A DNA stretch of 64,000 nucleotides from an uncultured Gemmatimonadales bacterium (lineage in GTDB: Bacteria; Gemmatimonadota; Gemmatimonadetes; Gemmatimonadales; Gemmatimonadaceae): the NCBI GenBank assembly GCA_963701965.1, contig OY969695.1, forward strand, positions 1,536,001-1,600,000, in the 5' to 3' direction. Made by a program: the position numbers and the translations under genes. Positions 1 to 10,499 of the stretch are shown here, one piece after another; within the stretch, counting starts at the first letter, position 1, and each line of letters opens with the position of its first letter. The notes under the pieces are model-generated. The model was not told where the DNA came from, made no database searches, and saw only the letters and a program-made list of their open reading frames with translations.

Positions 1-426
1 GACATCGGACCGCTGACGCGCGTGGTCTACGGGCCCGACGGCTATCTGGTGCCGCGCGGCGGGCAGACGTTGGTTGGCGCCACCATGGAACAGGTCGCCT
101 TCGACGTCTCGACGACGGAGAGCGGCCTGGCCAACTTGCGGAGGGGGGCGGTGGCGCTCTGCCCAGCTCTGGCGCAGGGCCGCGTGGACCGGGCCTGGGC
201 GGGCCTCCGGCCGGTGAGTCCGGATTTCTTGCCGATCATCGGGCGGGATCCGGAATTCCCCACGCTCATCTATGCCTGCGGGCACTCGCGGAACGGGGTG
301 CTCATGGCGCCGCTAACCGCCGATTGCGTGGCCGCGATCGCGCTGGGACAGGCTCCGCCGGCCGACCTATCACCCTTCGGGATCGGGCGATTTTCGCTAA
401 CCGGCAAACACGGAAGCGTGAGTTAG
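1..426 (+). CDS. thiO: FAD-dependent oxidoreductase, glycine oxidase ThiO/DAO family (5' partial)
   Basis: C-terminal motifs YLVPR..TLVGAT, WAGLRP, IYACGHSRNGVLMAP. The frame is open from position 1. Confidence 0.8.
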   Translation, partial: DIGPLTRVVYGPDGYLVPRGGQTLVGATMEQVAFDVSTTESGLANLRRGAVALCPALAQGRVDRAWAGLRPVSPDFLPIIGRDPEFPTLIYACGHSRNGVLMAPLTADCVAAIALGQAPPADLSPFGIGRFSLTGKHGSVS

Positions 427-472
427 CCGGACTTTCCCGTTGATTGCACGGACTCTAAAATTCTGGACGCTC

Positions 473-1345
473 ATGGATACGCTCTATCAGATCAGAAAGC
501 CCGGTTGGCTCAAGGTGACCGCCCCCGGCGGACCCAACTACTTGCGGATTCAGGGCCTCATGCGGGACCTGGGTCTTCATACGGTCTGCCAGGAAGCGCA
601 TTGCCCAAACGTCGGCGAGTGCTGGGAACATGGGACGGCGACGTTCATGATCCTGGGCGACGTCTGCACGCGCAATTGCCCGTACTGCGCCGTCGCCCAC
701 GGACGCCCGCCGTCCTATGATCTCGGCGAGCCGGATCGGGTGGCCACGGCCGTCGCCGAGCTGGCACTGCGGCACGCGGTCATCACGTCGGTGGATCGGG
801 ACGACCTTCCCGACTTTGGCGCCGATATCTTCGCCCGGACCATCCGCGGCATCCATGAACGCGTCCCGGGGTGCTCTGTGGAGGTCCTCGTGCCCGATTT
901 CCAGGGCAACGAGGCGGCCATCCGCACCGTGCTCGACGCGCGCCCCGAGATCTACAATCACAACACGGAGACCGTCCCGCGCCTCTACAAGCGGGCGCGG
1001 CCCGGTGGGCGCTACCCGCGCGTCATGGAGATCTTCCGGTTTGCCAAGGCGTACGCGCCGGATATCCCGACGAAGACGGGCCTGATCCTGGGAATGGGGG
1101 AGACGGTCGACGAGGTGGTCAATGTCATGCGGGACCTGCGGTCGCGCGACGTCGACATCTTGACGCTGGGCCAGTATCTCCGACCGTCGAGCGAGCACCT
1201 GCCGCTCGACCGCTACTACACCCCTGACGAATTCAAGCAGCTGGCCGTGATCGGACGCGAGATGGGATTCAAGCACGTGGAGAGCGGACCGCTGGTGCGC
1301 TCCAGCTATCACGCGTGGGAGCAGGTGCAGGCCGCGGGCGTGTGA
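473..1345 (+). CDS. lipA: Lipoyl synthase
   Basis: CQEAHCPNVGEC and CTRNCPYC Fe-S motifs, LGQYL, VRSSY. ATG at 473 preferred over the TTG at 440. Confidence 0.97.
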   Translation: MDTLYQIRKPGWLKVTAPGGPNYLRIQGLMRDLGLHTVCQEAHCPNVGECWEHGTATFMILGDVCTRNCPYCAVAHGRPPSYDLGEPDRVATAVAELALRHAVITSVDRDDLPDFGADIFARTIRGIHERVPGCSVEVLVPDFQGNEAAIRTVLDARPEIYNHNTETVPRLYKRARPGGRYPRVMEIFRFAKAYAPDIPTKTGLILGMGETVDEVVNVMRDLRSRDVDILTLGQYLRPSSEHLPLDRYYTPDEFKQLAVIGREMGFKHVESGPLVRSSYHAWEQVQAAGV

Positions 1346-1362
1346 GAGCAAAGAAGCGCGCG

Positions 1363-2370
1363 ATGTCGGACCCGGCGGTCGATGGCGCCGTGGCGCCCGA
1401 CCAGGAGCTGCACCTGGCACTCCTCAAGTCGATGCTGCTGCAGCGGCGATTCGAGGAGCGGTGCGCCGAGGCGTATGCCCTGGGCAAGATCGGGGGCTTC
1501 TGTCATCTGTACATCGGACAGGAAGCCACCGGGACCGGGGCGATCTCGGCGCTGCGGGATGATGACTACGTGATCACCACGTACCGGGATCACGCCCAAG
1601 CGATCGCCCGCGGGGTCCCGCCGCGCACCGTGATGGCCGAGTTGTTTGGCCGTGTCGCTGGCTGCTCGCACGGGAAGGGTGGCTCCATGCACCTGTTCAG
1701 CCGGGAGCACAACTTCCTCGGCGGACATGGCATCGTGGGCGCCAACATCCCGTTGGCCACGGGGGTCGCGTTCGCCATCAAGTATCGGGGCGGCGACCAG
1801 GTGTGCCTGTCGTTCTTCGGCGAGGCCGCGGTCAACAACGGGGCATTCCACGAGGCGCTGAACATGGCCGGCCTGTGGAAGCTGCCGGTGATTTACATCA
1901 TCGAGAACAACCGGTATGGCATGGGCACGGCGCTGGAGCGGGCGTCGGCCATCAATGACATCGCCGAGCGCGCGCGGGCGTACGACATGCCCCGGGCGGT
2001 CGTCGACGGCCAGGACGTTTTGGCCGTGCGGCAGGCGGTCGACGAGGCCGTGCGGCGCGCGCGCACGGATCAGATCCCGACGCTCATCGAATCGCGGACG
2101 TACCGGTTCATGGGGCACTCAATGTCCGATGCGGTGAGCGGCACGTATCGCACCAAGGATGAGCTGGAGCAATACCGGAAGCGCGACCCGATCGCGGTGC
2201 TGCGGGAGCAGATGCAGGCGAAGGGCGAGATCACGGACGAGGAGCTGACGCGGATGGACGACGAGGCCAAGGCGGTGTGCGAGGACGCCTGGCAGTTCGC
2301 CGACCAGAGCCCGGAGCCGCCGCTGGAAGCGCTCGGCGAGGACGTGCTGGTGGACACGGTGTCGGCCTGA
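1363..2370 (+). CDS. pdhA: Pyruvate dehydrogenase E1 alpha subunit
   Basis: GFCHLYIGQEA, GKGGSMH, TPP-binding GEAA..N region, YRFMGHSMSD. Confidence 0.96.
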   Translation: MSDPAVDGAVAPDQELHLALLKSMLLQRRFEERCAEAYALGKIGGFCHLYIGQEATGTGAISALRDDDYVITTYRDHAQAIARGVPPRTVMAELFGRVAGCSHGKGGSMHLFSREHNFLGGHGIVGANIPLATGVAFAIKYRGGDQVCLSFFGEAAVNNGAFHEALNMAGLWKLPVIYIIENNRYGMGTALERASAINDIAERARAYDMPRAVVDGQDVLAVRQAVDEAVRRARTDQIPTLIESRTYRFMGHSMSDAVSGTYRTKDELEQYRKRDPIAVLREQMQAKGEITDEELTRMDDEAKAVCEDAWQFADQSPEPPLEALGEDVLVDTVSA

Positions 2371-3353
2371 TGGCTGTCGTGACGTATCGCGACGCCCTCA
2401 ATCAGGCGTTGCGCGAAGAGATGCAGCGGGACGATCGCGTCTTCCTCATGGGCGAGGAAGTGGCCGTCTATCAAGGCGCGTACAAGGTCTCGAAAGGACT
2501 CCTGCAGGAGTTCGGCGAGATGCGCGTCGTCGACACGCCGATCACCGAGTTGGGGTTCGCCGGTGTCGGCGTGGGGGCGGCCATGGTGGGATTGCGGCCG
2601 ATCGTGGAGTTCATGACGTGGAACTTCGCGCTGCTGGCGCTCGATCAAGTCGTCAATGCCGCGGCCAAGATGTTGTACATGTCGGGGGGCCAGTACCACA
2701 TCCCGATCGTGTTTCGCGGGCCGAATGGGGCGGCGCTGCAGTTGGCGGCCCAGCATTCCCAGGCCTGGGAGTCGTGGCTGGCCCATATCCCCGGGCTCAA
2801 GGTCGTCACGCCGGGTACGCCGGCGGATGCCAAAGGGTTGCTCAAGAGCGCCATCCGCGATGACAACCCGGTCATCGTGCTCGAAGGCGAAATGCTGTAC
2901 AACACCAAAGGCGACGTGCCGGACGGCGAGCATGTCGTGCCCATCGGTGTCGCGGATCTCAAGCGCGAAGGGGAGCACTGCAGCATCGTCACCAATGGGA
3001 AGATGGTATTGGTGGCCATGCAGGCGGCGGATCTCCTCGCCAAAGAGAACATTCGCGTCGACGTCGTGGATCTCCGCACCGTCCGGCCCATGGACGTCGC
3101 GGCAATCACGGCATCGGTCCGGAAGACCAATCGGGCGGTCGTGCTCGAAGAAGGGTGGGAGCTCGCCGGCATTGGCGCGCAGGTCGTCGATTACATCCAG
3201 CGGGAGTGCTTTGACGATCTCGATGCGCCGGTGCTTCGGGTGCATCAGGCGGATACGCCCATGCCGTATGCCAAGAATCTCGAGCGGGCCGCCAAGCCTG
3301 ACGTTGGCAAGACGGTGGCCGCGGTGAAGCGCGTCATGTACCGGGATCGGTAG
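2370..3353 (+). CDS. pdhB: Pyruvate dehydrogenase E1 beta subunit
   Basis: MGEEV, DTPITE, EFMTWNF, AAQHSQ. ATG overlaps the pdhA stop (TGATG). Confidence 0.96.
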   Translation: MAVVTYRDALNQALREEMQRDDRVFLMGEEVAVYQGAYKVSKGLLQEFGEMRVVDTPITELGFAGVGVGAAMVGLRPIVEFMTWNFALLALDQVVNAAAKMLYMSGGQYHIPIVFRGPNGAALQLAAQHSQAWESWLAHIPGLKVVTPGTPADAKGLLKSAIRDDNPVIVLEGEMLYNTKGDVPDGEHVVPIGVADLKREGEHCSIVTNGKMVLVAMQAADLLAKENIRVDVVDLRTVRPMDVAAITASVRKTNRAVVLEEGWELAGIGAQVVDYIQRECFDDLDAPVLRVHQADTPMPYAKNLERAAKPDVGKTVAAVKRVMYRDR

Positions 3354-3362
3354 AAACCGCCT

Positions 3363-4781
3363 ATGGCCACGAAGATTTTCATGGAAGCGCTGTCGCCCAC
3401 TATGGAGGAAGGGCGGCTGGTGCGGTGGCTCAAGGCCGAAGGGGCCGTCGTCGCCAACGGCGAGTCGCTCGCCGAGGTCGAGACGGACAAGGCCATCATG
3501 GAGCTGGTCGCGCGCGGCGCCGGCGTCCTGCGGAAGCAACTCGTCGCGGAAGGCGCCACGGCGCCCGTTGGGCAGCTCGTCGGGGTGATCGCCGAGCCCG
3601 GCGAGGACATCGCTGCGCTGATCGCCGGGGCCCCCGGGTCGTCGCCTGCGGCGCCGCCTACGGCGGCAGCCTCCCCGGCACCCGCCCCCGCCGCGGCGCC
3701 TCCGGCGCCAGCGGCGCCCTCGTCGGCGCGAGGCGCGACAATGCCCGCCAGCGGCGCAGCCGAAGGCGCAACAGGCGCAGGCGCGGGAGCCGGAGGGGCG
3801 GCCGCCGGAGGTGCTGGTCCCACTAGTGCAGCCGTCGCAGGTGCTGGCCGCGCTGGCGCTGCCGGCGCAGGCGGATTCACCGGAGGCGCTGCCGCCGCAG
3901 GCGGCGCGACCGACGGCGATCGCGTCCGCTCGTCTCCGCTCGCCCGACGACTCGCCTCCGAGCGCGGGATCGACTTGCACGCCATCGCGGGCTCGGGCCC
4001 AAACGGCCGGATCATCAAACGCGATTTGGAGACGGCGCCCGCGACGGCGCCCAATGTGCCGGCGACGACGGCGCCGGCGAGAGAGACAGTGCCAGCCGGC
4101 GACTATCGCGATGCCGCCCTCACGCAGATCCGCCGGACGATCGCCCGCCGCCTAGCCGAGTCGATCGGCCCGGTCCCGACGTTTTATCTCACGGTCGAAC
4201 TGGACGTCGGCCGCGTCACAGAGATGCGGGCGTCGATGGCCGCGCTCGGCGACGAGTATCGGGTGTCGATCAACGACATTCTGATCAAGGCCGTCGCCAC
4301 CGCGCTGGCCCAGCACCCGGAAGTGAACGCCCACTGGCTGGGCGACAAAATCCGGTATTTCAACCGGGTCCACATTGGGATGGCCGTCGCCATCGATGAC
4401 GGCCTGATCACCCCGGTGCTCTTCGACGCCGACCGCAAACGTTTGCGCGACATCGCGCGCGAGGCCAAGGACCTCGCCGCGCGCGCCCGGGCGCGCAAGC
4501 TGACGCCGTCCGAGTACACCGGCTCGACATTCTCGATCTCGAACCTGGGGATGTTCGGGATCGACCAGTTCACCGCTATTATCAACCCACCGGAAGCCGG
4601 CATCCTGGCGATCGGCGCCGTCGAGCGCAAACCCGTCGCCGAGGGCGACACCGTCGCCATTCGCCAACGCCTCCGCGTAACCATGAGCTGCGACCACCGC
4701 GTGATCGACGGCGCCACCGGCGCCCGCTTTCTGTCCACCCTGCGCCGCCTGATCGAAAACCCTCTCTTGCTCGTATACTGA
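3363..4781 (+). CDS. pdhC: Dihydrolipoamide acetyltransferase (E2)
   Basis: Lipoyl domain ETDKA, E3-binding SPLARRLA..GSGPNGRI, catalytic DHRVIDG. Confidence 0.96.
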   Translation: MATKIFMEALSPTMEEGRLVRWLKAEGAVVANGESLAEVETDKAIMELVARGAGVLRKQLVAEGATAPVGQLVGVIAEPGEDIAALIAGAPGSSPAAPPTAAASPAPAPAAAPPAPAAPSSARGATMPASGAAEGATGAGAGAGGAAAGGAGPTSAAVAGAGRAGAAGAGGFTGGAAAAGGATDGDRVRSSPLARRLASERGIDLHAIAGSGPNGRIIKRDLETAPATAPNVPATTAPARETVPAGDYRDAALTQIRRTIARRLAESIGPVPTFYLTVELDVGRVTEMRASMAALGDEYRVSINDILIKAVATALAQHPEVNAHWLGDKIRYFNRVHIGMAVAIDDGLITPVLFDADRKRLRDIAREAKDLAARARARKLTPSEYTGSTFSISNLGMFGIDQFTAIINPPEAGILAIGAVERKPVAEGDTVAIRQRLRVTMSCDHRVIDGATGARFLSTLRRLIENPLLLVY

Positions 4782-4782
4782 C

Positions 4783-6171
4783 ATGGCTTCGTACGATGTG
4801 CTCATTCTTGGCGGCGGCCCCGCCGGCTACGTCTGCGCGATCCGCGCCGCCCAACTCGGCCTCACCGTCGGCGTGATCGAGCGCGAAGGCCTCGGCGGCA
4901 CGTGCGTGCTGTGGGGCTGTATTCCCGCCAAGGCCCTGCTGGAAAGCGCCTACCTGGCCACCCGCATGCGGCACGCCGCCGAGCACGGGATCACCACGGG
5001 CGACCTGGGCTTCGATTTCGCCCCGGCCATGAAGCGCTCGCGCGCCGTGAGCCAGCAGAACTCGAAGGGCGTCGAGTTTTTGTTCAAGAAAAACAAGATC
5101 ACCTGGATCAAAGGCACCGGCACGCTGGCCTCGCCCAAGACGGTGAAAGTCGAGCACGACGGGAAGAGCGAGACCCACCAGGCCCAAAAGGCGATCGTGA
5201 TCGCCACCGGCTCGCGCGTCCGCGGATTGCCCCGCGCCGGGCTCGAGCTGGACAAGAAGACCGTGCTGTCCTCCGATGAAGTGTTGGTCCTCGACCGCGC
5301 GCCCAAATCGATGGCCATCGTCGGCGCCGGCGCCGTCGGCTGCGAGTTCGCCAATGTGTTCACGGCCTTCGGCACTGCCGTGACCCTCATCGACATCGCG
5401 CCGACGATCCTCCCGCTGGAAGACCGCGAGGTGGCGGCCGAGCTGACCAAGAGCTTCAAGAAGCGGAAGATCGAAGTCCACACCAACGCGACCATCTCCG
5501 ACGTCAAGATCGCCAAGGACAGCGTGACCCTGAGCATCGACAAGAAACCCCTGACCGTCGAGAAGGTGTTGGTCGCCGCCGGCCGGGCCGCGAACGTCAA
5601 TGGCATCGGCCTGGAAGCGATCGGCGTCCGCCTCGATGACCGCGGATTCGTGAAGGTCAACGATCGCCTGGAGACGACGGTCCCCGGCGTCTACGCGATC
5701 GGCGACGTCGCCGGTCCGCCGATGCTGGCCCACAAAGGCGAGCGCGAGGGCGTCGTGGTGGCCGAGCGCGTGGCCGGCAAGACGCCGCACGCCATCACCT
5801 ACGGGAACATCCCCAACGCCACCTACTGCCATCCCGAGGTCGCCTCGATCGGGCTGACCGAGGAAGCTTGCAAAGCGCAGCAGCTCGACTACCGCGTCGG
5901 GAAATTCCCCTTCTCGGCCAACGGGCGCGCCCGCACGGCGGGCGAGACCGAGGGCTTCGTCAAAGTCATTCGCGAAGCCAAGTACGGCGAGATTCTCGGC
6001 GCCCACATCATCGGGTCCCACGCCACCGAGATGATCCACGAGCTGGCCGTCGCCCGCGAGAACGAGTTCACGGTCGAGGAGATCGACCTGACCGTCCACG
6101 CGCATCCGACGCTGTCGGAGGCCATCGCGGAAGCGTGCCTCGACTCCGACGGCCGGGCGCTCAATGCCTGA
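4783..6171 (+). CDS. lpdA: Dihydrolipoamide dehydrogenase (E3)
   Basis: GGGPAGY, GGTCVLWGCIP redox disulfide, HAHPTLSE. Confidence 0.97.
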   Translation: MASYDVLILGGGPAGYVCAIRAAQLGLTVGVIEREGLGGTCVLWGCIPAKALLESAYLATRMRHAAEHGITTGDLGFDFAPAMKRSRAVSQQNSKGVEFLFKKNKITWIKGTGTLASPKTVKVEHDGKSETHQAQKAIVIATGSRVRGLPRAGLELDKKTVLSSDEVLVLDRAPKSMAIVGAGAVGCEFANVFTAFGTAVTLIDIAPTILPLEDREVAAELTKSFKKRKIEVHTNATISDVKIAKDSVTLSIDKKPLTVEKVLVAAGRAANVNGIGLEAIGVRLDDRGFVKVNDRLETTVPGVYAIGDVAGPPMLAHKGEREGVVVAERVAGKTPHAITYGNIPNATYCHPEVASIGLTEEACKAQQLDYRVGKFPFSANGRARTAGETEGFVKVIREAKYGEILGAHIIGSHATEMIHELAVARENEFTVEEIDLTVHAHPTLSEAIAEACLDSDGRALNA

Positions 6172-6823
6172 GTTGCTGGTCGCGCGGCTGGGTCTCGCGC
6201 CGTATGGCGAGACCCTCGCGCGCCAGCGCGAGTTGGCGGCCGCGCGCATCGCCGGCCGCATCGGCAATGTGCTGCTCCTGTGCGAGCACCCACCGGTGAT
6301 CACGCTCGGGCGGCTCGCCAAACGGGAGCACATCCTGGCGCCGTCCGGCGTCGACGTCTTCGACGTCGAACGCGGCGGCGATGTGACGTTTCATGGTCCC
6401 GGCCAGCTCGTGGGCTACCCCATACTGGACCTGTCACGGCATCGACAGGATTTGCACTGGTACCTGCGACAGCTCGAGGCCACGCTGATCGACGCGTTGG
6501 CGCAGTTTGGCGTCGCCGCGGAGCGGCGCGCCGGCCTGACGGGCGTGTGGACCGCGGGCCGCAAGATCGCTTCGATTGGCGTCCATGCGCGGCAGTGGGT
6601 CACCTGGCACGGCTTCGCGCTCAACGTGACCACGGATCTCTCGTACTTCGACCTCATGGTGCCCTGCGGCATCCCCAATGTCGTCATGACGTCGATCGCC
6701 CGGGAGCGCCCCGATCTCCCGGTGAATGTCGCCGCCGTGGGCGACGCCATGGCCGCGACGCTGGCGTCGACATTCGGCCTGACCCCCGTGGACATCGCGC
6801 TCGACGAGTTGACGCCAGTGTGA
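6164..6823 (+). CDS. lipB: Octanoyltransferase
   Basis: EHPPVITLG, RGGDVTFHGPGQLVGYP, KIASIG, HGFALN, VPCG. Confidence 0.96.
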   Translation: MPELLVARLGLAPYGETLARQRELAAARIAGRIGNVLLLCEHPPVITLGRLAKREHILAPSGVDVFDVERGGDVTFHGPGQLVGYPILDLSRHRQDLHWYLRQLEATLIDALAQFGVAAERRAGLTGVWTAGRKIASIGVHARQWVTWHGFALNVTTDLSYFDLMVPCGIPNVVMTSIARERPDLPVNVAAVGDAMAATLASTFGLTPVDIALDELTPV

Positions 6824-8851
6824 CGGAGCTCAACGCCGAGCAAGAGAAGGCAGCCACGTTCGGCGACGGGCCCTTGCTGATCATTGCGGGGGCTGGGACA
6901 GGCAAGACGCGCACCCTCGTCCATCGCGTCTCCCATCTCCATCGCCCGGGGCGTCCGACCCGAGCGGATGCTCCTCCTGACGTTCACGCGCCGGGCCGCG
7001 CAGGAGATGCTCGGACGCGTCGAGCAGCTCGCGGGCGCGGGTGGCCGGCAGGTGCAGGGCGGCACCTTCCACGCGACCGCCCACCGGTTGCTCCGCCGCT
7101 ACGGCGCCGCCGGGGGTCTGGCGAGCGATTTCACGATCATGGATCAGGCCGACGCCGAGGACCTGATGCAGCTCTCGCGCGCCCAACTCGGTTACGCCGA
7201 AAAGGGGAAGCGCTTCCCAAAGAAAGAGACCCTGCACTACGTCTACTCGCGGCACGTGAACACCGAGATCCCGGTGGCCAAGATCCTCGGCGGCGAGTAT
7301 CCCCAGTTCGCCGAGTATGTTGCCGATTTCGGCACCATCTACGCCGACTACACGGAGCGCAAAGCCACCCGCAATCTCGTCGACTACGACGATCTGTTGC
7401 TCTTCTGGGCGACAATGCTGGAAGCGTCGGAGGAGCTCGGCGGGCGCATCGCCGGCCTGTACGACCACATCCTGGTCGACGAGTATCAGGACACGAACGT
7501 TCTGCAGGCGCGCGTTCTGCGCGGGATGTGCCGCCGCCACGCCAATATCACGGTCGTCGGCGACGACGCACAGAGCATCTATTCGTTCCGCGGCGCCAAC
7601 TTCCGCAACATCCTCGATTTCCCGGCGCAGTTCCCCGGTGCGACCGTGCTGACGCTGGAACGGAACTATCGCTCCACGCAGCCCATCCTCGACGCCACGA
7701 ATACGCTGATCTCGCGGGCCCGCGAGCGCTACACCAAGGCCTTGTGGACCCGCCGCACCGGCGGCGACATGCCGGCGTTGGTGACGGCCCGGGACGAAGA
7801 AGAGCAGACTCGATGGGTGTGCGACCGGATCCTGGCGCTCCACGAGTCGGGCACGCCGCTGCGCGAGATGGCGGTGCTGTTCCGCGCCGGGTACATGTCG
7901 GCCGCCCTCGAGATCGAGCTCACCAATCGCAAGATCCCCTTCGAGAAATGGGGCGGCCTCCGGTTTCTGGAAGCCGCGCACGTGAAAGACGTCCTGGCCT
8001 TTCTCCGCGTGCTGGAGAATCCCCGCGACGACGTCAGCTGGTACCGTATCCTGATGCTGCTCCCCGGCATCGGCGACGTCACGGCGCGCCAGGCCATCGA
8101 CGCCATGGCGCAGGCGGCGTGGGAGTCGGCGGCGTTTGCCCATTATCGACCGCCCGCGCGCGCGCGGGCGGCGCACGCGGCGCTCGTGGCGTTGCTGGAC
8201 TCGCTCCGGCGCACGGAAGCGCCTGCGGCCCTCAGTGCCGAGATTGCGCGGGTGCGGCAGCTCTATGACGATATTGTGCGAGAAAAATACGATCGGGTCG
8301 AACCGCGGCTGGCCGATCTCGACCAACTGGAGACCATCGCCGGCGGGTATCCCAGTCGGGCGGCGTTTCTCTCGGCGCTGGCGCTGGAGCCGCCACAGGC
8401 GACGCAAGACTTGGCCGGGGGCACGCAGAGCGAAGACGATACGCTGATCTTGAGTACCGTCCACTCGGCCAAGGGCAAAGAGTGGGACGCCGTGTTTCTC
8501 ATCTGGGCCGTCGACGGCTGGTTCCCGTCGGCCCGGGCGCTGTCCGATGAGAATGAGACCGACGAAGAGCGTCGCTTGATGTACGTGGCGCTGACGCGGG
8601 CCCGGAACCACCTGGCGGTGACCTACCCGCTAGAGGTTTACAGCTCGCGCCGGGGCGCCGACTATTCTATCGATCAGCTCTCACGATTCCTGGACGCCGG
8701 CGTGCGGGAGCGAATGCAGCGGATCGTCGTGGGCTCGTCGAGCCCTGCGTCCGCGCCCGAGGCGCCGACGTCCGCGCCCGAGGCGCCGACGTCCGCGCCC
8801 CTCGACCTGCGCGCCGCGCTGCGCGGCCGCTTCGGACCACCACTCACATGA
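6820..8851 (+). CDS. UvrD/Rep/PcrA-family ATP-dependent helicase (one-base frameshift near 6940)
   Basis: GTG at 6820 gives LNAEQ..IIAGAGTGKT. The frame then shifts (tcccatctcCatcgcc) to LLTFT, VDEYQD, VGDDAQSIY, NYRS, HSAKGKEW, EERRLMYVALTRA. Confidence 0.9.
8748..8800 (+). repeat. 21-bp tandem repeat, 2.5 copies, encoding SAPEAPT in the helicase tail
   Basis: cgtccgcgcccgaggcgccga twice plus an 11-bp partial copy. Confidence 0.9.
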
Positions 8852-9367
8852 CGAAAGACCTGGCCTTCGCCGACACCGAGCAAGAGATCGCCGCCACCCG
8901 CCGCTTTCTGGAGCGGGTCCCCAAGGACCAATTGGACTGGCGCCCCCACGAGAAGTCGATGACGCTGGGCCGCCTCTCCATGCACTGCGCCGAGATCCCC
9001 GGCGCGGCCGCACGGATCTTCGAGACCGACGAGTACCACTACAACCCGCCAGGCGACCCGCCGGCACCCCGGCGCGAGGAGTCCACGACGGGCGACGCGG
9101 TCGCCCTCCTGGACACCAACGCGGCCAAGCTGCGTGAGTTGCTGCGGAGTGTCGACGACGCCAGCCTGGCCAGGCCATGGACCTTCAAGGCTTTTGGCCA
9201 CACGATCTACACGGTGCCCAAGCTGCACGCTTACCGCATCCGGGTGCTGAACCATTCTCATCCACCACCGCGCCCAACTCGGCGTCTATCTCCGCCTGTT
9301 GGGCGTGAGCCTCCCAGCGACGCCTTACGGTCCGAGCGCCGACGAGCGGCCGGCGTTCGCCCGCTGA
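8848..9367 (+). CDS. DinB/YfiT-family protein (one-base frameshift near 9256)
   Basis: WRPHEKSMTLGRL..H. Removing one T (aaccatTctc) restores NHLIHHRAQLGVYLRLL..YGPSADE ending at TGA 9367. Confidence 0.85.
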
Positions 9368-10422
9368 CGGAGCGCGGCGAACGGATCGTCGGGATGCGCG
9401 CGGGCGAGCGCGATGATTTGCGCCACGCTCGCGCGCAGGTCGCCCCCTGACGCCGCGAATACCGCATCGAAGGCGTCGAGATCCGTGAGGTAGATCCGGC
9501 GGGCCAGCAGCGCGGCGTTGTCGAGCCGCACGCGCGCCGGCCACCAGTCGGGGTACGTGTGCAGGCGGGGGCCAATCGAGTCGACGAGCTGCCGGCGGGC
9601 CCGCGCGTAGACCGCATCCCGGACGGCCAACCGCGCGGTCGAATCCGACGGATGCGCCGCGTATCCCGAGTCGAGCGCATCGTAGACCTCGGACCAAAAT
9701 CGGCCGATCGCCTTGTCATCCTCCCACCGCGCCCGGGCCTGGTCGGCGGCGGCCGTCGACCCGCGCGCGCGAAAGAACAGTTCGGCGCCGCGCGATCCGA
9801 CGAAGTTGGCGAACGACTCGTTGAAGATCGCCTGACCCGGCGCGTAGTACGTGTTGTGCGTCAGCTCGTGGATGACCGTATTCGCCAGTTCGACCGAGTC
9901 GTCGGCCAGCGTCGTCGAAAGGAGCGGATCGTTGAAGAAGCCGAGTGTGCTGAACGCCGGGGACGGCCGCAGATAGGCGTCCAAGCCGCGTTGCCGGAAG
10001 GCCTCGGCGTCGTGGGCCGCCGCCTTGAAGTCGAAATACCCCTTGTACGGCACGCGCCCCACGATCGGAAACCACCACGTGTAGGCCCGGAGCTGGTCCC
10101 GATAGGCGCCGGACAGCACGAGCACCAGGGTGTCCCGGCCAAGCGCGCTGTAAGTCGTGAAGCTGCGCTTCGCGGCGAGACCGACCGAGTGCGCGGCGAA
10201 CTCCCGCGCGTCCAGGACAAGGCTGAGCTTGGCTCGCCTCGTTTGATCCGATGGGGTTGTGGCGGCCTCGGCGATGACGTCGGAGATAGGGCGCCGGCGG
10301 GCCAGGATCAACCCTTCTTCCCAGGCCGCCCGCACGAGATAGCGACCCGTCAATGTAGCACTAGCGAGCCAAGCGATCGCGACGGCGGCCAACACGACTC
10401 CGCGGAGAAACCAGCGCCTCAT
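9325..10422 (-). CDS. Putative zinc aminopeptidase (HExxH, DUF2265-like)
   Basis: N-terminal membrane anchor, WWFPIVGRVPYKGYF, AFSTLGFFNDPL, IHELTH, FNESFA. Confidence 0.85.
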   Translation of the reverse strand: MRRWFLRGVVLAAVAIAWLASATLTGRYLVRAAWEEGLILARRRPISDVIAEAATTPSDQTRRAKLSLVLDAREFAAHSVGLAAKRSFTTYSALGRDTLVLVLSGAYRDQLRAYTWWFPIVGRVPYKGYFDFKAAAHDAEAFRQRGLDAYLRPSPAFSTLGFFNDPLLSTTLADDSVELANTVIHELTHNTYYAPGQAIFNESFANFVGSRGAELFFRARGSTAAADQARARWEDDKAIGRFWSEVYDALDSGYAAHPSDSTARLAVRDAVYARARRQLVDSIGPRLHTYPDWWPARVRLDNAALLARRIYLTDLDAFDAVFAASGGDLRASVAQIIALARAHPDDPFAALRQRANAGRSSALGP

Positions 10423-10499
10423 ACGGGGTGACACATGTGTTCCACCCCATCGATCCCAAGGTCGCAGCCGTTGTTCTTACATACTATTATGCAGGTCTG

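Noticed and set aside
6820..9367. Helicase and DinB genes as pseudogenes
   Set aside because: All motifs are intact apart from one indel each, and the same kind of defect occurs in essential accA, pointing to sequence error.
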